DNA of 64,000 bases from Collinsella sp. (GCA_014871655.1 WGSK01000006.1:882-64881); one strand, 5' to 3'; counted from the stretch's first letter, positions 16,474-26,657 are shown. Translations and numbers: made by a program. Notes: generated by a model not told the origin, from the letters alone.

Positions 16474-19400
16474 ATGGCATTCGTCCATCTGCACAATCAC
16501 ACTGTTTTCTCCATGCTCGACGGCGCAACCCGTATCCAGGATATGGTCAATCGTGCCGTTGAACTTGGCATGCCCGCCGTGGCCATTACCGACCACGGCT
16601 ACATGTATGGCGTGCCCGACCTGGCGCTGGCCTGCGACGCCGTCAATCACAACACGCCCGAGTACAAAACCTGGAGCCACGACAAGGCCTTCTTGGAAAA
16701 GGACCGCCGCGACGAGCTGGTGGAGCCCGACCCCGAGGCAAACCCGCGCGAGCATGCCCAGTACGTCAAAGACATGGCCATGTGGGACGAAAAGGGCAAC
16801 ATCGACGAGCTCAAGCCGCCCCTGGTCATCAAGCCCATCTTTGGGTGCGAGGTCTACTTTACGCCGGACGAGACGCTCGCCCGCGACCATAAGCCCGAGC
16901 TCTACCACATGATCCTTCTGGCCAAGGACCAGGAGGGCTACGTCAACCTGATGCAGACGGTCTCCGAGGCCGCCGTGCAGGGCTTTTACTACAAGCCGCG
17001 CGTGACGCTCGACAACCTGCGCCGTCATGCCAAGGGCATGATCTGCACCAGCGCCTGTATCGCGGGCATTATTCCCAAGTACATCGACCGCGGTGACATG
17101 GAAGGCGCCATTAAATGGGCCGAGACCTTCCGCGATACCTTCGACCCCGGCGACTTTTATATCGAGATTCAGGAACACGGCATTACCACCGATAACGGCC
17201 TGACCGACGAGCAGATGGACCGCACGCTCATCGATATCGCCAAGCAGGTGGGTGTCAAGGTCATCGCCACCAACGACTTCCATTACCTGCGCCGCGAGGA
17301 CGCCCCCGTGCAGGACGTCATCATGTGCATCGGTATGAACGCCAAGGTCGACGACCCCAACCGCATGCGTATGACCGGCTCGGAGTTTTACATGAAGACC
17401 GAGGAGGAGATGCGGGCGATGTTCCCGTATTGCCCCGAGGCCTGCGACAACACGCTCGAGATTGCCGACAAGTGCTACGTGGAGCTCGACTGGGACTCCA
17501 TCATCCTGCCGCGCTTCCCGCTGCTCGATCCCGGCGAGACGCACGAGAGCCAGTTCCGCCGCGAGTGCGAGAAGGGCCTGCGCCAGCACTACGGTGACGA
17601 CTGGGCCACGCGCGAGATCGGTGGCGTCAACATCAAAGAGCGCTTTGAGTACGAATACAAGGTCATCTGCGACAAGGGATTTGCCGCCTACTTCTTGATC
17701 GTTGCCGAGTACGTGCAATGGGCCAAGGACAACGGCATCGGCGTCGGCCCCGGCCGTGGTTCGGCCGCCGGCGCTATCGTCGCCTACGCCATGAACATCA
17801 CCGCGTTCGACCCGCTCGAGAACGGCCTGATGTTCGAGAGGTTCCTGTCCCCGCAGCGTACCGAGATGCCCGATATCGATATGGACTTCGACGATGAGCG
17901 GCGCCTCGAGGTCGTGGAGCACGTTCGCCAGCTCTACGGCCCCGAGAAGGTCACCCACGTCATCACCTACTCGACCATCAAGGCCAAGCAGGCCATCAAT
18001 GATGCCGCGCGCGTTCTGGACTACCCGGTCTACATGGGCCAGCGCCTGTCCAAGATGGTCTCGAGCGACCCCAAGGTCAAGCTCAAGCAGGTGCTCGACA
18101 AACAACCCGGCAAAGAGGATCTGTTTAACCCCGATTTTGCCGAGGCCTATAAAAAGGACGACGACGCTCGCCGCATCATCGACACGGCGCTCTCGATCGA
18201 GGGCCTCACCCGTGGCGAGGGCGTGCATGCGTGTGCCGTTCTGATCTGCCGCGACCCCGTCAACGAGCACGTGCCCACCAAGCTCGACACCAAGGGCGGC
18301 GTCGAGATTACCCAGTACGAGGGCCATACCGTCGCCGACATGGGCCTGCTCAAGATGGACTTCTTGGGCCTGCGCACGCTGACGGTTATCTCCAAGGCCA
18401 AGGCCAACATCAAAAAGAACTTCGGCATCGACATCAAAGAGGAAGAGATTCCCTTTGACGATCCCGAAATCTTTAAGCTCATGGGCTCCGGTCACACCGC
18501 CGGCGTCTTCCAGGTCGAGTCCGCCGGCATGACGGCCACGATCAAGAACATGAAGCCCACAGAGTACAAGCACGTCGTGGCATTGATCGCCCTGTACCGT
18601 CCGGGCCCGCTAGGTGCCGGCATGGTCTCGTCCTACATCAACCGTATGAACGGCAAGGAGCCGGCCGTCTCCTACGATGACCGTCTGGACGACATCCTGG
18701 GCGAAACCTACGGCACCATGGTCTACCAGGAGCAGGTTATGCTCATCTCCGTCGAGATGTGCGGCTTCTCCAAGGGCGAGTCGGACTCGCGTATCCGTAA
18801 GCCCGTGGCTAAGAAAAAGATCAAGCTGCTCACGTCGACGGTGCTCCACTGGGAGGATGGCTCGGACGAGACCACCTACGACCACTGGATGAACGGCGCT
18901 ATCAAGAACAACTACACGCGCGAGGTCGCCCAGAAGATTTGGGACGATGTTCTCGAGTTCGCGTCCTACGCCTTCAACAAGTCGCACTCCGCCGGCTACG
19001 CCATCCTGGTTATGCAGACGGCATGGCTCAAGGCGCACTATCCGCACGAGTACATGGCGGCCGTTCTGACGTCCTACACGGGCAAGACCGACAAGATCGT
19101 GCACTACGTCTCGGCATGCCGTCACGACGGCATCCCCGTGCTTTCGCCAGATGTCAACGAGTCCGGCACCGAGTTCACGGCTACCAAGGAAGGCGTGCGC
19201 TTTGGTCTGGCCGGCATCCGCGGCGTGGGCACCGGCGTGGCGCAGGCGATTATCGCCGAGCGCGAGGCGGGCGGCCCGTTTAAGACGCTGCACGACTTTG
19301 TCGAGCGCGTGGACTCGAGCCAGGCCAACCGCCGCGTGATCGAATCGCTGATCAAGGCAGGTGCCTTCGACTCCACGGGCTATCCGCGCCGCCAGATGAT

Positions 19401-20277
19401 GCACTTTGTGGACAAGAACAACCCCGAGAACATCATCGACGCCGCGATAAAGCGCCAGAAGGACCGCGCGAGCGGCCAGACCTCGTTCTTCGACATGTTT
19501 GGTGATGTTGAGGGCTCGGGTTTCGAGGTCAGCGTGCCCGATCCGGACGGCCAGGAATGGGACCGCCACCTTAAGCTGAGCCAGGAGAAGGAGGTTCTGG
19601 GCATCTATGTCTCGGACCACCCGCTGCGCCCGTTTGAGTATGCGCTCAGCAAAGCGCGCGACTTCTCGTTCTCGCAGATCGACACCGGCTACGAAGTTCA
19701 GAATCCTACGGGCGGCACCATCAACCAGGAGATTCCCGAGGGCAAAGCGCTGTGGTGGGCCGGCATGGTCTCGAGCGTGTCCAAGCGCGTGACCAAAAAC
19801 GGCGACCCCATGGGCATCGTGCAGCTCGAGGACATGGAAGGCGAGGCCACCGTCGTCGTGTTCCCCAAGACCTATAAAGAGGCCGAGGGGTACCTGTACG
19901 GCGAGGTCGATCCCGAGACCGGTGCGCAGCTGTCCGACGCCTTTGTGCGCATCAAGGGCAAACTCGAGCGCTCGGACCGCGGCGACCAGATCATCGCGCA
20001 GGAGATCGTGCCGCTTGAGCTCAACGAGGAGAACAACAAGCCCAAGGTGTTTGAGGTCATGGTGCCCAACAGCCGCTTTAGCCAGGGCAATATGGCGCGC
20101 CTGGCCACGGTGCTCACCGCTAACCCGGGCGGCGACCGCGTGGAGATCTTTATCGAGCAGGTGGACGGGCGCGTGCTGCGCGCCGAGGTGCCTGCCAAGG
20201 TCAACGCGCGCTCGATTCCGCTGCTGGCCGAGGCCAAGGCCATTGTGGGTAACCAAGGCAGAGTGACGGTAATTTAA
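16474..20277 (+). CDS. dnaE: DNA polymerase III alpha subunit
   Basis: HLHNHT PHP start, GPGRGSAAG, MPDIDMDF, GLLKMDFLGL, YAFNKSHS, QTSFF clamp motif, OB fold. Confidence 0.97.
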   Translation: MAFVHLHNHTVFSMLDGATRIQDMVNRAVELGMPAVAITDHGYMYGVPDLALACDAVNHNTPEYKTWSHDKAFLEKDRRDELVEPDPEANPREHAQYVKDMAMWDEKGNIDELKPPLVIKPIFGCEVYFTPDETLARDHKPELYHMILLAKDQEGYVNLMQTVSEAAVQGFYYKPRVTLDNLRRHAKGMICTSACIAGIIPKYIDRGDMEGAIKWAETFRDTFDPGDFYIEIQEHGITTDNGLTDEQMDRTLIDIAKQVGVKVIATNDFHYLRREDAPVQDVIMCIGMNAKVDDPNRMRMTGSEFYMKTEEEMRAMFPYCPEACDNTLEIADKCYVELDWDSIILPRFPLLDPGETHESQFRRECEKGLRQHYGDDWATREIGGVNIKERFEYEYKVICDKGFAAYFLIVAEYVQWAKDNGIGVGPGRGSAAGAIVAYAMNITAFDPLENGLMFERFLSPQRTEMPDIDMDFDDERRLEVVEHVRQLYGPEKVTHVITYSTIKAKQAINDAARVLDYPVYMGQRLSKMVSSDPKVKLKQVLDKQPGKEDLFNPDFAEAYKKDDDARRIIDTALSIEGLTRGEGVHACAVLICRDPVNEHVPTKLDTKGGVEITQYEGHTVADMGLLKMDFLGLRTLTVISKAKANIKKNFGIDIKEEEIPFDDPEIFKLMGSGHTAGVFQVESAGMTATIKNMKPTEYKHVVALIALYRPGPLGAGMVSSYINRMNGKEPAVSYDDRLDDILGETYGTMVYQEQVMLISVEMCGFSKGESDSRIRKPVAKKKIKLLTSTVLHWEDGSDETTYDHWMNGAIKNNYTREVAQKIWDDVLEFASYAFNKSHSAGYAILVMQTAWLKAHYPHEYMAAVLTSYTGKTDKIVHYVSACRHDGIPVLSPDVNESGTEFTATKEGVRFGLAGIRGVGTGVAQAIIAEREAGGPFKTLHDFVERVDSSQANRRVIESLIKAGAFDSTGYPRRQMMHFVDKNNPENIIDAAIKRQKDRASGQTSFFDMFGDVEGSGFEVSVPDPDGQEWDRHLKLSQEKEVLGIYVSDHPLRPFEYALSKARDFSFSQIDTGYEVQNPTGGTINQEIPEGKALWWAGMVSSVSKRVTKNGDPMGIVQLEDMEGEATVVVFPKTYKEAEGYLYGEVDPETGAQLSDAFVRIKGKLERSDRGDQIIAQEIVPLELNEENNKPKVFEVMVPNSRFSQGNMARLATVLTANPGGDRVEIFIEQVDGRVLRAEVPAKVNARSIPLLAEAKAIVGNQGRVTVI

Positions 20278-20289
20278 GGACGGCGTTGG

Positions 20290-20420
20290 CGGGGTAGCTA
20301 ATTTGGGACGGGGCTATTTTAGCTACCCTTTGACTGACGGCGAATGAGTCGGGGTCGGAATGCATCTCAACCGACATATGGGGGTAGCTAAAATAGCCCC
20401 GTCCCAAATTAGCTACCCCG
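20290..20420. repeat. REP-like palindrome family B, copy 1
   Basis: Perfect 39-bp inverted arms 20290-20328 and 20382-20420 containing TTTGGGACGGGGCTATTTTAGCT. Confidence 0.88.
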
Positions 20421-20439
20421 GGTGAGATTGGAGGAAGTG

Positions 20440-23400
20440 ATGGCGCAGGGGACGTTTGTGCAGGCGCTCCGGAAAGAGGCGGCGCTGAGCGGCACCTTTA
20501 TGAAGGGTCGCTCGCTCATGCTCAACGGCGCCGTGCTGTCGATTGAGGACGGCGGCTCACGCTTCTCCAAAAACGTGACGGTTGAGGGCTCGGTGCGCGG
20601 TTCGCGCGGCGACCTGTACAAGACGCACGTGGCGCTCGACATGGACGAGCACGAGGTGATCGACTACGACTGCGATTGCCCCGCCGCCTATCGTTACCCC
20701 GGTATGTGCAAGCACGCTATTGCCACGGCTCTGGCGTATTTGGATGCCAGCGGCGCCGAGCCCGTCGAAGGTTTGCGCACGCCGGTCCGTACGTTTACGG
20801 CGCAGCCGAAACAGCCCGCGCGCACCGCGCCCAAAGCGCCGGCCGTCAATCCCAACTTTCCCTTTCCGGCGCCCGTCCCCACGAGTCCCAGCCTCATGGC
20901 GGCGCTCTCCGATCTTTCGGACGCGCGCATGGATGAGCTGGCGAGCATGCGCCGCAAGCTCGCCAGCAGTGTGGATCCCGATGCCCCCAAGGCGGTGTTG
21001 GAGCCCTCGCTGGTGCCGTACTACAATCCGCTGTTCGCCGACCGCTTTAGCTGGGCGCTCGAGTTCCGCATTCGCTGCGGTTCGGTGTCCTACGTGGTCA
21101 AGGATATCGACGGCATGGCCGACGCCTATGTCCGAGGCGGCACCTTCTCGTACGGCAAGAAGCTCACGTTTGCCCATACGCCCGAAGCCTTCGAAGACGT
21201 GTCGACAAAGCTGCTCAACCTTGTTGTGACGACAGTTGCCTATCTCGATGACATCACAAGCTCGCGTTCGGCGTCGTACGACTTTGCCCGCAGCGGTTTT
21301 GTCGCCGAGCGTCAGTTACCGCTGTCCGAGCATAGCATCGTATATGTGCTGGACCTGCTGCGCGGCCAGACCATCTCCTTTGAGCCCGCTTGGTCGCGGG
21401 GGACGACGACGCATCGCGCCTATGACGTGGCGGTTGAGATGCCTCCGGAAGGGGAGGACGAGGCTCTGTCTAAGCGCCCGCCGCTCCTTGCCGCTAAAAT
21501 CGCGCCGGCGGCTGGTGGCAGCTACGATCTGCGCCTGCCGGCCGATGCATACTGCTTTGCTTCGGGCGACGTTGCCTATCTGGTCGACACCCGCCGTGCG
21601 CGCCGCGCCGATGTGGCGTTTGCCCAGCATGCGGCGCCGTTCCTATCGCGCTTGCTGCCCTGTCGCACGCCAGTCCATATCGCTGCCGACCAGGTGGGGG
21701 AGTTCTGTCGTATGGCTCTGCCCATTTTGCGCGACTATACCGACCTTACCGCGCCCGCTGCGCTCGATACCGTGGCGCCCGAGCCGAGCTTTGCCATGGC
21801 GATCGGCGTCGACGATGGGCTCGTGACCTGCAAAATTACGGTTACCTACGGCGACTGGTCGGCAGACCTCTTTAGTCTGGGCGCTCCGGGCAGCCCCTTC
21901 GAAGAGCAGCGCCCGGGCGTGCCGCCCCGCGACGAGGTGGCGGAGTTTCGCGTTATGGACACGGCGGCCCTGTACTTCGATTTCTACGAGGGCGGTCTGG
22001 CGTTTGAGGAACGCGATGACGAGAGTTTGTTCTGCCTGCTCACCGAGGGTCTGTCTGTGCTGTCCGAGCTGGGTGAGGTCATGCTCAGCGACCGTCTGCG
22101 CCAGATCTCGGTGCGTCCCGCGCCCAAGCTTTCGGTGCGTGCGTCCGTCAAGAGCAACCTGCTCGACGTCGAGCTGGGCGCGAGCGGGCTTTCGGCTGCA
22201 GACCTTGCCATCTATCTGGACTCGTACAAGCGCCACCAGACGTTCGCTCGCCTTACGTCTGGCGACATCGTTCGCCTGGACGAGGGCGCTCGTGCCGCGT
22301 TTGGCCTTGCCGAGGATCTGGGGGTCGATGCCGTCGATCTGCTCGACGGCGTGTCGCTTCCTGCGTCGAGTACCCTGTTTGTCGACAGCATGCTTGCGCG
22401 CACGCCCGCGCTCGAAGCCGATCGCGACGCTGCATTCCGTCGCACCGTCGAGCGCTTGGATACGCTCGGCAAGATGGACTTTACGGTGCCGGTCTCGCTC
22501 AAGGCCACACTGCGCGGCTATCAGGTCGACGGCTACCAGTGGCTCGGCTCGCTCGAGCACCTGGGCCTCGGCGGCATCTTGGCCGACGATATGGGCCTGG
22601 GCAAAACGCTGCAGATGATCGCACATATCCTGGCGCGCGTGGAAGCAGGGGACGCTAAGCCCACGCTTGTGGTGTGCCCTGCGTCGCTTGTGTACAACTG
22701 GACCGCCGAGCTGGAGCGCTTTGCCCCGTCGCTCGACGTGTGCGCCATTGTGGGCGCCAAGGCCCAGCGTCGCGTGCAAATTGCCGGCGTGGCCGAGCAC
22801 AACGTGGTTGTAACGTCGTATGACCTTATGCGGCGCGATATCGACGAGTACGTCGAGCAGGACTTTGCCCGTGTGGTGCTCGACGAGGCCCAGTACATTA
22901 AAAACCCGCTCACCCAGGTGGCGCGCGCCGCCAAGCGCCTGCCTGCCGGCGTGCGCTTTGCCCTGACGGGCACGCCCATCGAAAACCGCTTGTCCGAGCT
23001 CTGGAGCATCTTCGACTTTTTGATGCCGGGCCTGCTTGGCACGCGCGAGTCGTTTGCCAAGCGTTTCGAAAGCCCGGTCGAGCACGCCGAGGGTGACAGC
23101 GCCGCTCGTCTGCAGGCACTCGTGTCGCCGTTTGTGCTGCGCCGTGTCAAGGAAGACGTGGTGGCCGATCTGCCTGAGAAGATCGAGGACACCGTCATGG
23201 CGCAGCTTACCGGCGAGCAGCGCAAGCTCTACCTGGCCAACCAGGACCGCATCGCCCAGCAGGTGCAGCATCGTGAAGCATCCGAGTTTAAGAAGGACAA
23301 GCTCAAGGTACTCGCCGAGCTCACCAAGCTGCGCCAGATCTGCTGCGACCCGCATCTACACTACGAGGACTACAAGGCGGGGAGCGCCAAGCTCGACGCT

Positions 23401-23904
23401 TGCATGGAGCTCGTGCACGGTGCGTTCGACGGCGGGCATCACATTCTGCTGTTCAGCCAGTTCACGGGCATGCTCGATATCATCGGCGGGCGCCTGGCCA
23501 AGGAGGACATCGGCTTTCTTAAGCTCACGGGCGCTTCGTCCAAGGAGAGCCGCGCCAAGATGGTCGCGCAGTTCCAAGCGGGCGAGGTTCCGGTCTTTTT
23601 GATTTCGCTCAAGGCGGGCGGCGTTGGCCTTAACCTGACGGCGGCCGACGTGGTCATTCACTACGACCCGTGGTGGAACGTGGCCGCGCAGGACCAGGCG
23701 ACTGACCGCGCCCACCGCATTGGCCAGCAACATACCGTGACCGTGTATAAGCTCATCGCCAAGGACACGATCGAGGAACGCATTATGCAGATGCAGGAGT
23801 CCAAGCGCGACCTGGTCAACAGCGTGCTCGGCGGTGACGGCATCTCGTCGGCGCTGTTTACCCGCGAAGATGTTCTGGCGCTGCTGGGCGGCGACGGGCG
23901 CTAA
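20440..23904 (+). CDS. SWIM zinc finger / SNF2-family helicase
   Basis: CDCP...CKH SWIM motif, LADDMGLGKT, DEAQ, LTGTPIEN, LLFSQF, SLKAGGVGLNL, QATDRAHRIGQ; GGAGG SD. Confidence 0.93.
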   Translation: MAQGTFVQALRKEAALSGTFMKGRSLMLNGAVLSIEDGGSRFSKNVTVEGSVRGSRGDLYKTHVALDMDEHEVIDYDCDCPAAYRYPGMCKHAIATALAYLDASGAEPVEGLRTPVRTFTAQPKQPARTAPKAPAVNPNFPFPAPVPTSPSLMAALSDLSDARMDELASMRRKLASSVDPDAPKAVLEPSLVPYYNPLFADRFSWALEFRIRCGSVSYVVKDIDGMADAYVRGGTFSYGKKLTFAHTPEAFEDVSTKLLNLVVTTVAYLDDITSSRSASYDFARSGFVAERQLPLSEHSIVYVLDLLRGQTISFEPAWSRGTTTHRAYDVAVEMPPEGEDEALSKRPPLLAAKIAPAAGGSYDLRLPADAYCFASGDVAYLVDTRRARRADVAFAQHAAPFLSRLLPCRTPVHIAADQVGEFCRMALPILRDYTDLTAPAALDTVAPEPSFAMAIGVDDGLVTCKITVTYGDWSADLFSLGAPGSPFEEQRPGVPPRDEVAEFRVMDTAALYFDFYEGGLAFEERDDESLFCLLTEGLSVLSELGEVMLSDRLRQISVRPAPKLSVRASVKSNLLDVELGASGLSAADLAIYLDSYKRHQTFARLTSGDIVRLDEGARAAFGLAEDLGVDAVDLLDGVSLPASSTLFVDSMLARTPALEADRDAAFRRTVERLDTLGKMDFTVPVSLKATLRGYQVDGYQWLGSLEHLGLGGILADDMGLGKTLQMIAHILARVEAGDAKPTLVVCPASLVYNWTAELERFAPSLDVCAIVGAKAQRRVQIAGVAEHNVVVTSYDLMRRDIDEYVEQDFARVVLDEAQYIKNPLTQVARAAKRLPAGVRFALTGTPIENRLSELWSIFDFLMPGLLGTRESFAKRFESPVEHAEGDSAARLQALVSPFVLRRVKEDVVADLPEKIEDTVMAQLTGEQRKLYLANQDRIAQQVQHREASEFKKDKLKVLAELTKLRQICCDPHLHYEDYKAGSAKLDACMELVHGAFDGGHHILLFSQFTGMLDIIGGRLAKEDIGFLKLTGASSKESRAKMVAQFQAGEVPVFLISLKAGGVGLNLTAADVVIHYDPWWNVAAQDQATDRAHRIGQQHTVTVYKLIAKDTIEERIMQMQESKRDLVNSVLGGDGISSALFTREDVLALLGGDGR

Positions 23905-24054
23905 CCCGCTCGGGTGGGGCCGCCAGGGCGGATAGCGCACGCCGCCCCATCGTCCCCGCCCGTTATGTGTTCATTTGCCATGCCGTGGATGGTTCGCCCG
24001 CCTTTGGGCATAAGAACCATCGAGAACATTGGCACATCAGCAAAGGAGAACATC

Positions 24055-24417
24055 ATGGCGAAATTCTTTAAGGACCCCGATGGCAAGCTTATCGCCGCCC
24101 TTGGCGACGACGTTGCGACCCCTGCCGGCTGCACGGAGCTGACCGCGAACACCGAGGATGCGGCGCTCGAAAAGCACGTGCCGGTCATTGAGAGCGAGCG
24201 TGACGGTCACGTGATCCGCGCACGCGTGGGCTCGGTCGAGCATCCCAGCCTGCCCGAGCACTATATTGAGTGGATTGCCCTTGAGGCCGAGGGCCGTCTG
24301 GAGGTCCATTACCTTGAGCCCGGCATGAAGCCCGCGACGTTTTTTGCCGGCGGCTCCAAGACCGGTACCGTCTATGCCTATTGCAACCTGCATGGGCTGT
24401 GGTCCGCGACGTTCTAG
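24055..24417 (+). CDS. Superoxide reductase (desulfoferrodoxin family, one-iron type)
   Basis: EKHVP, HP..PEHYIEWI, YCNLHGLW; N-terminus lacks the CxxC...CC desulforedoxin ligands; AAGGAG SD. Confidence 0.88.
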   Translation: MAKFFKDPDGKLIAALGDDVATPAGCTELTANTEDAALEKHVPVIESERDGHVIRARVGSVEHPSLPEHYIEWIALEAEGRLEVHYLEPGMKPATFFAGGSKTGTVYAYCNLHGLWSATF

Positions 24418-24534
24418 GAGCGCGCCCCCGCTCGGGGTATTATAGCTAGCATATGCACATGCGAGCGCCGACTGCATCATGCGGCCGGCGCTTTTACTAC
24501 GACAACGATGGTTTACGACGGAAAGGGCTGAGCC

Positions 24535-26520
24535 ATGAAGCTCGCACTTGCACAGATCGATATGCGCCTGGGTGATATTGAGGGCATTTGCGGTCGCATC
24601 GAGGACCAAGCCCGTTTGGCCCACGAGCGCGGGGCGCGCGTGCTGTGCGTCCCGGCTCCGCTCTTTATGGGCGCTCTGCCCGGCGGCCTGGTGGGTGCTG
24701 TCGACTTTGAGCACGACATGCTGACGGGCCTGACCGGCGTCGCCGAGCGTATCCAAGAACTCGATATGATCTGCATCGTGCCCGCGGCGGTTTCGTTTGA
24801 GGGCCAGCCCCTGCTCGACTACATGATGCTCAAGGACGGCCATGTGGTGCCGGCCCGTTCGAGCATTGCCCTGCAGCGCGGTGGGAACGGCGACGCCCGT
24901 TGGGCACCGCCGGTCTTCGATGTGGACGGCGTGCGTATCGCCGTGATCTTCGACTTGGACCGCGAGCTCGAGATGCTGCCGACTGGTGTCGACCTCATTG
25001 CCTATTTCCAGTTCAACGCGTTTGATATGACCGACCGCGAGAGCGCTGCGATCGCCGCCGTGCGCAGCGGAGCCTACCGCAAGATCGCCTCCAAGCGCAG
25101 CGTATGGTTTGCCTGCATGGCGCCGGTCGGTGCCTATGACGAGTCGGTGTATACCGGCGGCTCGTTTGTGCTCGACGACTGCGGCCGCGTGGTGGCCCAG
25201 GCGCCGTGCTTTGAGGAGAGCCTGCTGGTTCAGGAGATCCAGCGCGGTGTGATGCTCGATGCCTTGGAGGACCACGAGCTGCCCGAGTTTCGTTCCGAGG
25301 AGTGGTTGTGGCAGGCGCTGGTGCTCGCTGTGCGCGATAACGCCCGCGCCCGCGGTACGTCGCGCGCCGTGGTGGCGCTCGAGGGCGACTTGCCGTCGTC
25401 CCTGCTTACGGCGCTTGCCGTCGACGCCCTGGGTCCGCGCAATGTGGTCGGCCTGGTGCTGGGACGCAACCGCATCTTTACGCCGGCGCAGGAAGAGGCC
25501 GAGGCCGCCCGTTGTGCCGCCGTTCGTGCCATTGCCGAGCGCCTGCATATTCGCACGGTTGAGCGCGATGCGCCGGATGCCGCGCGTGTGCTCGACCGCG
25601 ATGTGTCGGCGGGCGACGCCGAGCGTCTGCGCTCTCGCACGCTGGGCCTCATGCTGGAGGATACGGCGCTCGAGTTGGGTGCGATGGCGTTGAGCCCGCT
25701 GTCCAAAACTGAGTACGCGCTGGCGGCGCCCGCGCTTTGCGGTGGCTACCAGGGCGATTACGCGCCCTTTGGTGATGTGTATCTGTCGACCCTCGAGTTT
25801 GTGGCGCGCGTGCGCAACCGCACGTCTGCCGTGGTGCCGCAGGAGCTTGTGACGCTCAACGCGGTGGAAGATTGCATGGAGCGCGTGCTGGCGCGGGCGC
25901 TCTCGACGCTTGACGGCCCGGTCGACATGCTCGACCGCGCGGCGCAGCTGCTCGGCGGGCTTGAGCCGGGCGAGGTCGATGGCACGCTCGAGTCGCACGT
26001 GGACCGCAATCGATCTTTCGACGACATCCCAATGGCCGCCGGCAAGCCCGAGGCTTGCTCACTGCTGCTGATGCTCGTGCGTCAGGGCGAGGCCGCCCGC
26101 CGCATGCTGCCGACGGCGCCGATCGTCTCGGCCCGCTCGTTTGTCGAGCGCGCTTGGCCGTACATGCTCGCATGGTCCGACCTGGGGTTGAGCGGCAAGG
26201 AACGCATGACGGTCGATGCGCTGGCGCGCGCTGAGGTGCGTCGTTTTGCCGACGAGGATACAAGCGAACGCATGCGTGGCGAGATGATGGGCTTACTGGG
26301 TGACCTGTTGGGTATTTCGCCCGAGCAGATGGAAGAGCTGCGCTCCGAGGATGGCCAGCGTCGCCTGCATGAGGGTATGAAAAAGTTTGAGGGCGAGGTC
26401 CAGGACGCCATCGAAAAGATGATGGGCGGCCAGGGCGGACCGCAAGGTGGGCCCCAGGGCACGCCGATGCCGCAACCGCCGGTGGATCCCCGACAGTTCC
26501 CGTTCTTCTCTCAAAACTAA
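24535..26520 (+). CDS. Glutamine-dependent NAD+ synthetase-like protein (nitrilase + synthetase folds) with degenerate catalytic motifs
   Basis: MKLALAQI..GDIEG, VGAYDESVYTGGSFV, ALVLAVRD, AVDALG, SKTEYAL, GDYAPFGDVY follow NadE order; catalytic motifs altered. Confidence 0.75.
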   Translation: MKLALAQIDMRLGDIEGICGRIEDQARLAHERGARVLCVPAPLFMGALPGGLVGAVDFEHDMLTGLTGVAERIQELDMICIVPAAVSFEGQPLLDYMMLKDGHVVPARSSIALQRGGNGDARWAPPVFDVDGVRIAVIFDLDRELEMLPTGVDLIAYFQFNAFDMTDRESAAIAAVRSGAYRKIASKRSVWFACMAPVGAYDESVYTGGSFVLDDCGRVVAQAPCFEESLLVQEIQRGVMLDALEDHELPEFRSEEWLWQALVLAVRDNARARGTSRAVVALEGDLPSSLLTALAVDALGPRNVVGLVLGRNRIFTPAQEEAEAARCAAVRAIAERLHIRTVERDAPDAARVLDRDVSAGDAERLRSRTLGLMLEDTALELGAMALSPLSKTEYALAAPALCGGYQGDYAPFGDVYLSTLEFVARVRNRTSAVVPQELVTLNAVEDCMERVLARALSTLDGPVDMLDRAAQLLGGLEPGEVDGTLESHVDRNRSFDDIPMAAGKPEACSLLLMLVRQGEAARRMLPTAPIVSARSFVERAWPYMLAWSDLGLSGKERMTVDALARAEVRRFADEDTSERMRGEMMGLLGDLLGISPEQMEELRSEDGQRRLHEGMKKFEGEVQDAIEKMMGGQGGPQGGPQGTPMPQPPVDPRQFPFFSQN

Positions 26521-26579
26521 CTATGGAATAGGATTCGCTCCCAACCCCGATACTTCAACTAAGCATCGTGTCCCCGTTG

Positions 26580-26602
26580 TGTTATTCTAGAACAGACGTT
26601 CG
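26580..26602 (+). promoter_or_regulatory. Extended -10 plus LexA (SOS) box upstream of ruvCAB
   Basis: TGTTATTCT directly followed by AGAACAGACGTTCG (GAAC-N4-GTTC at 26590-26601). Confidence 0.8.
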
Positions 26603-26657
26603 TGAATAGTGCGCGGGACCTTGTCTTGCGCCGTGCGTGTGGCGAGGGGAGGTTGGC

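Noticed and set aside
16474..20277. Intein in dnaE
   Set aside because: Inserts are short and lack C/S...HN splice motifs
20440..23904. SNF2 helicase as part of a defence system
   Set aside because: Common SWIM-SNF2 housekeeping architecture with host-like codons and no methylase or nuclease partners
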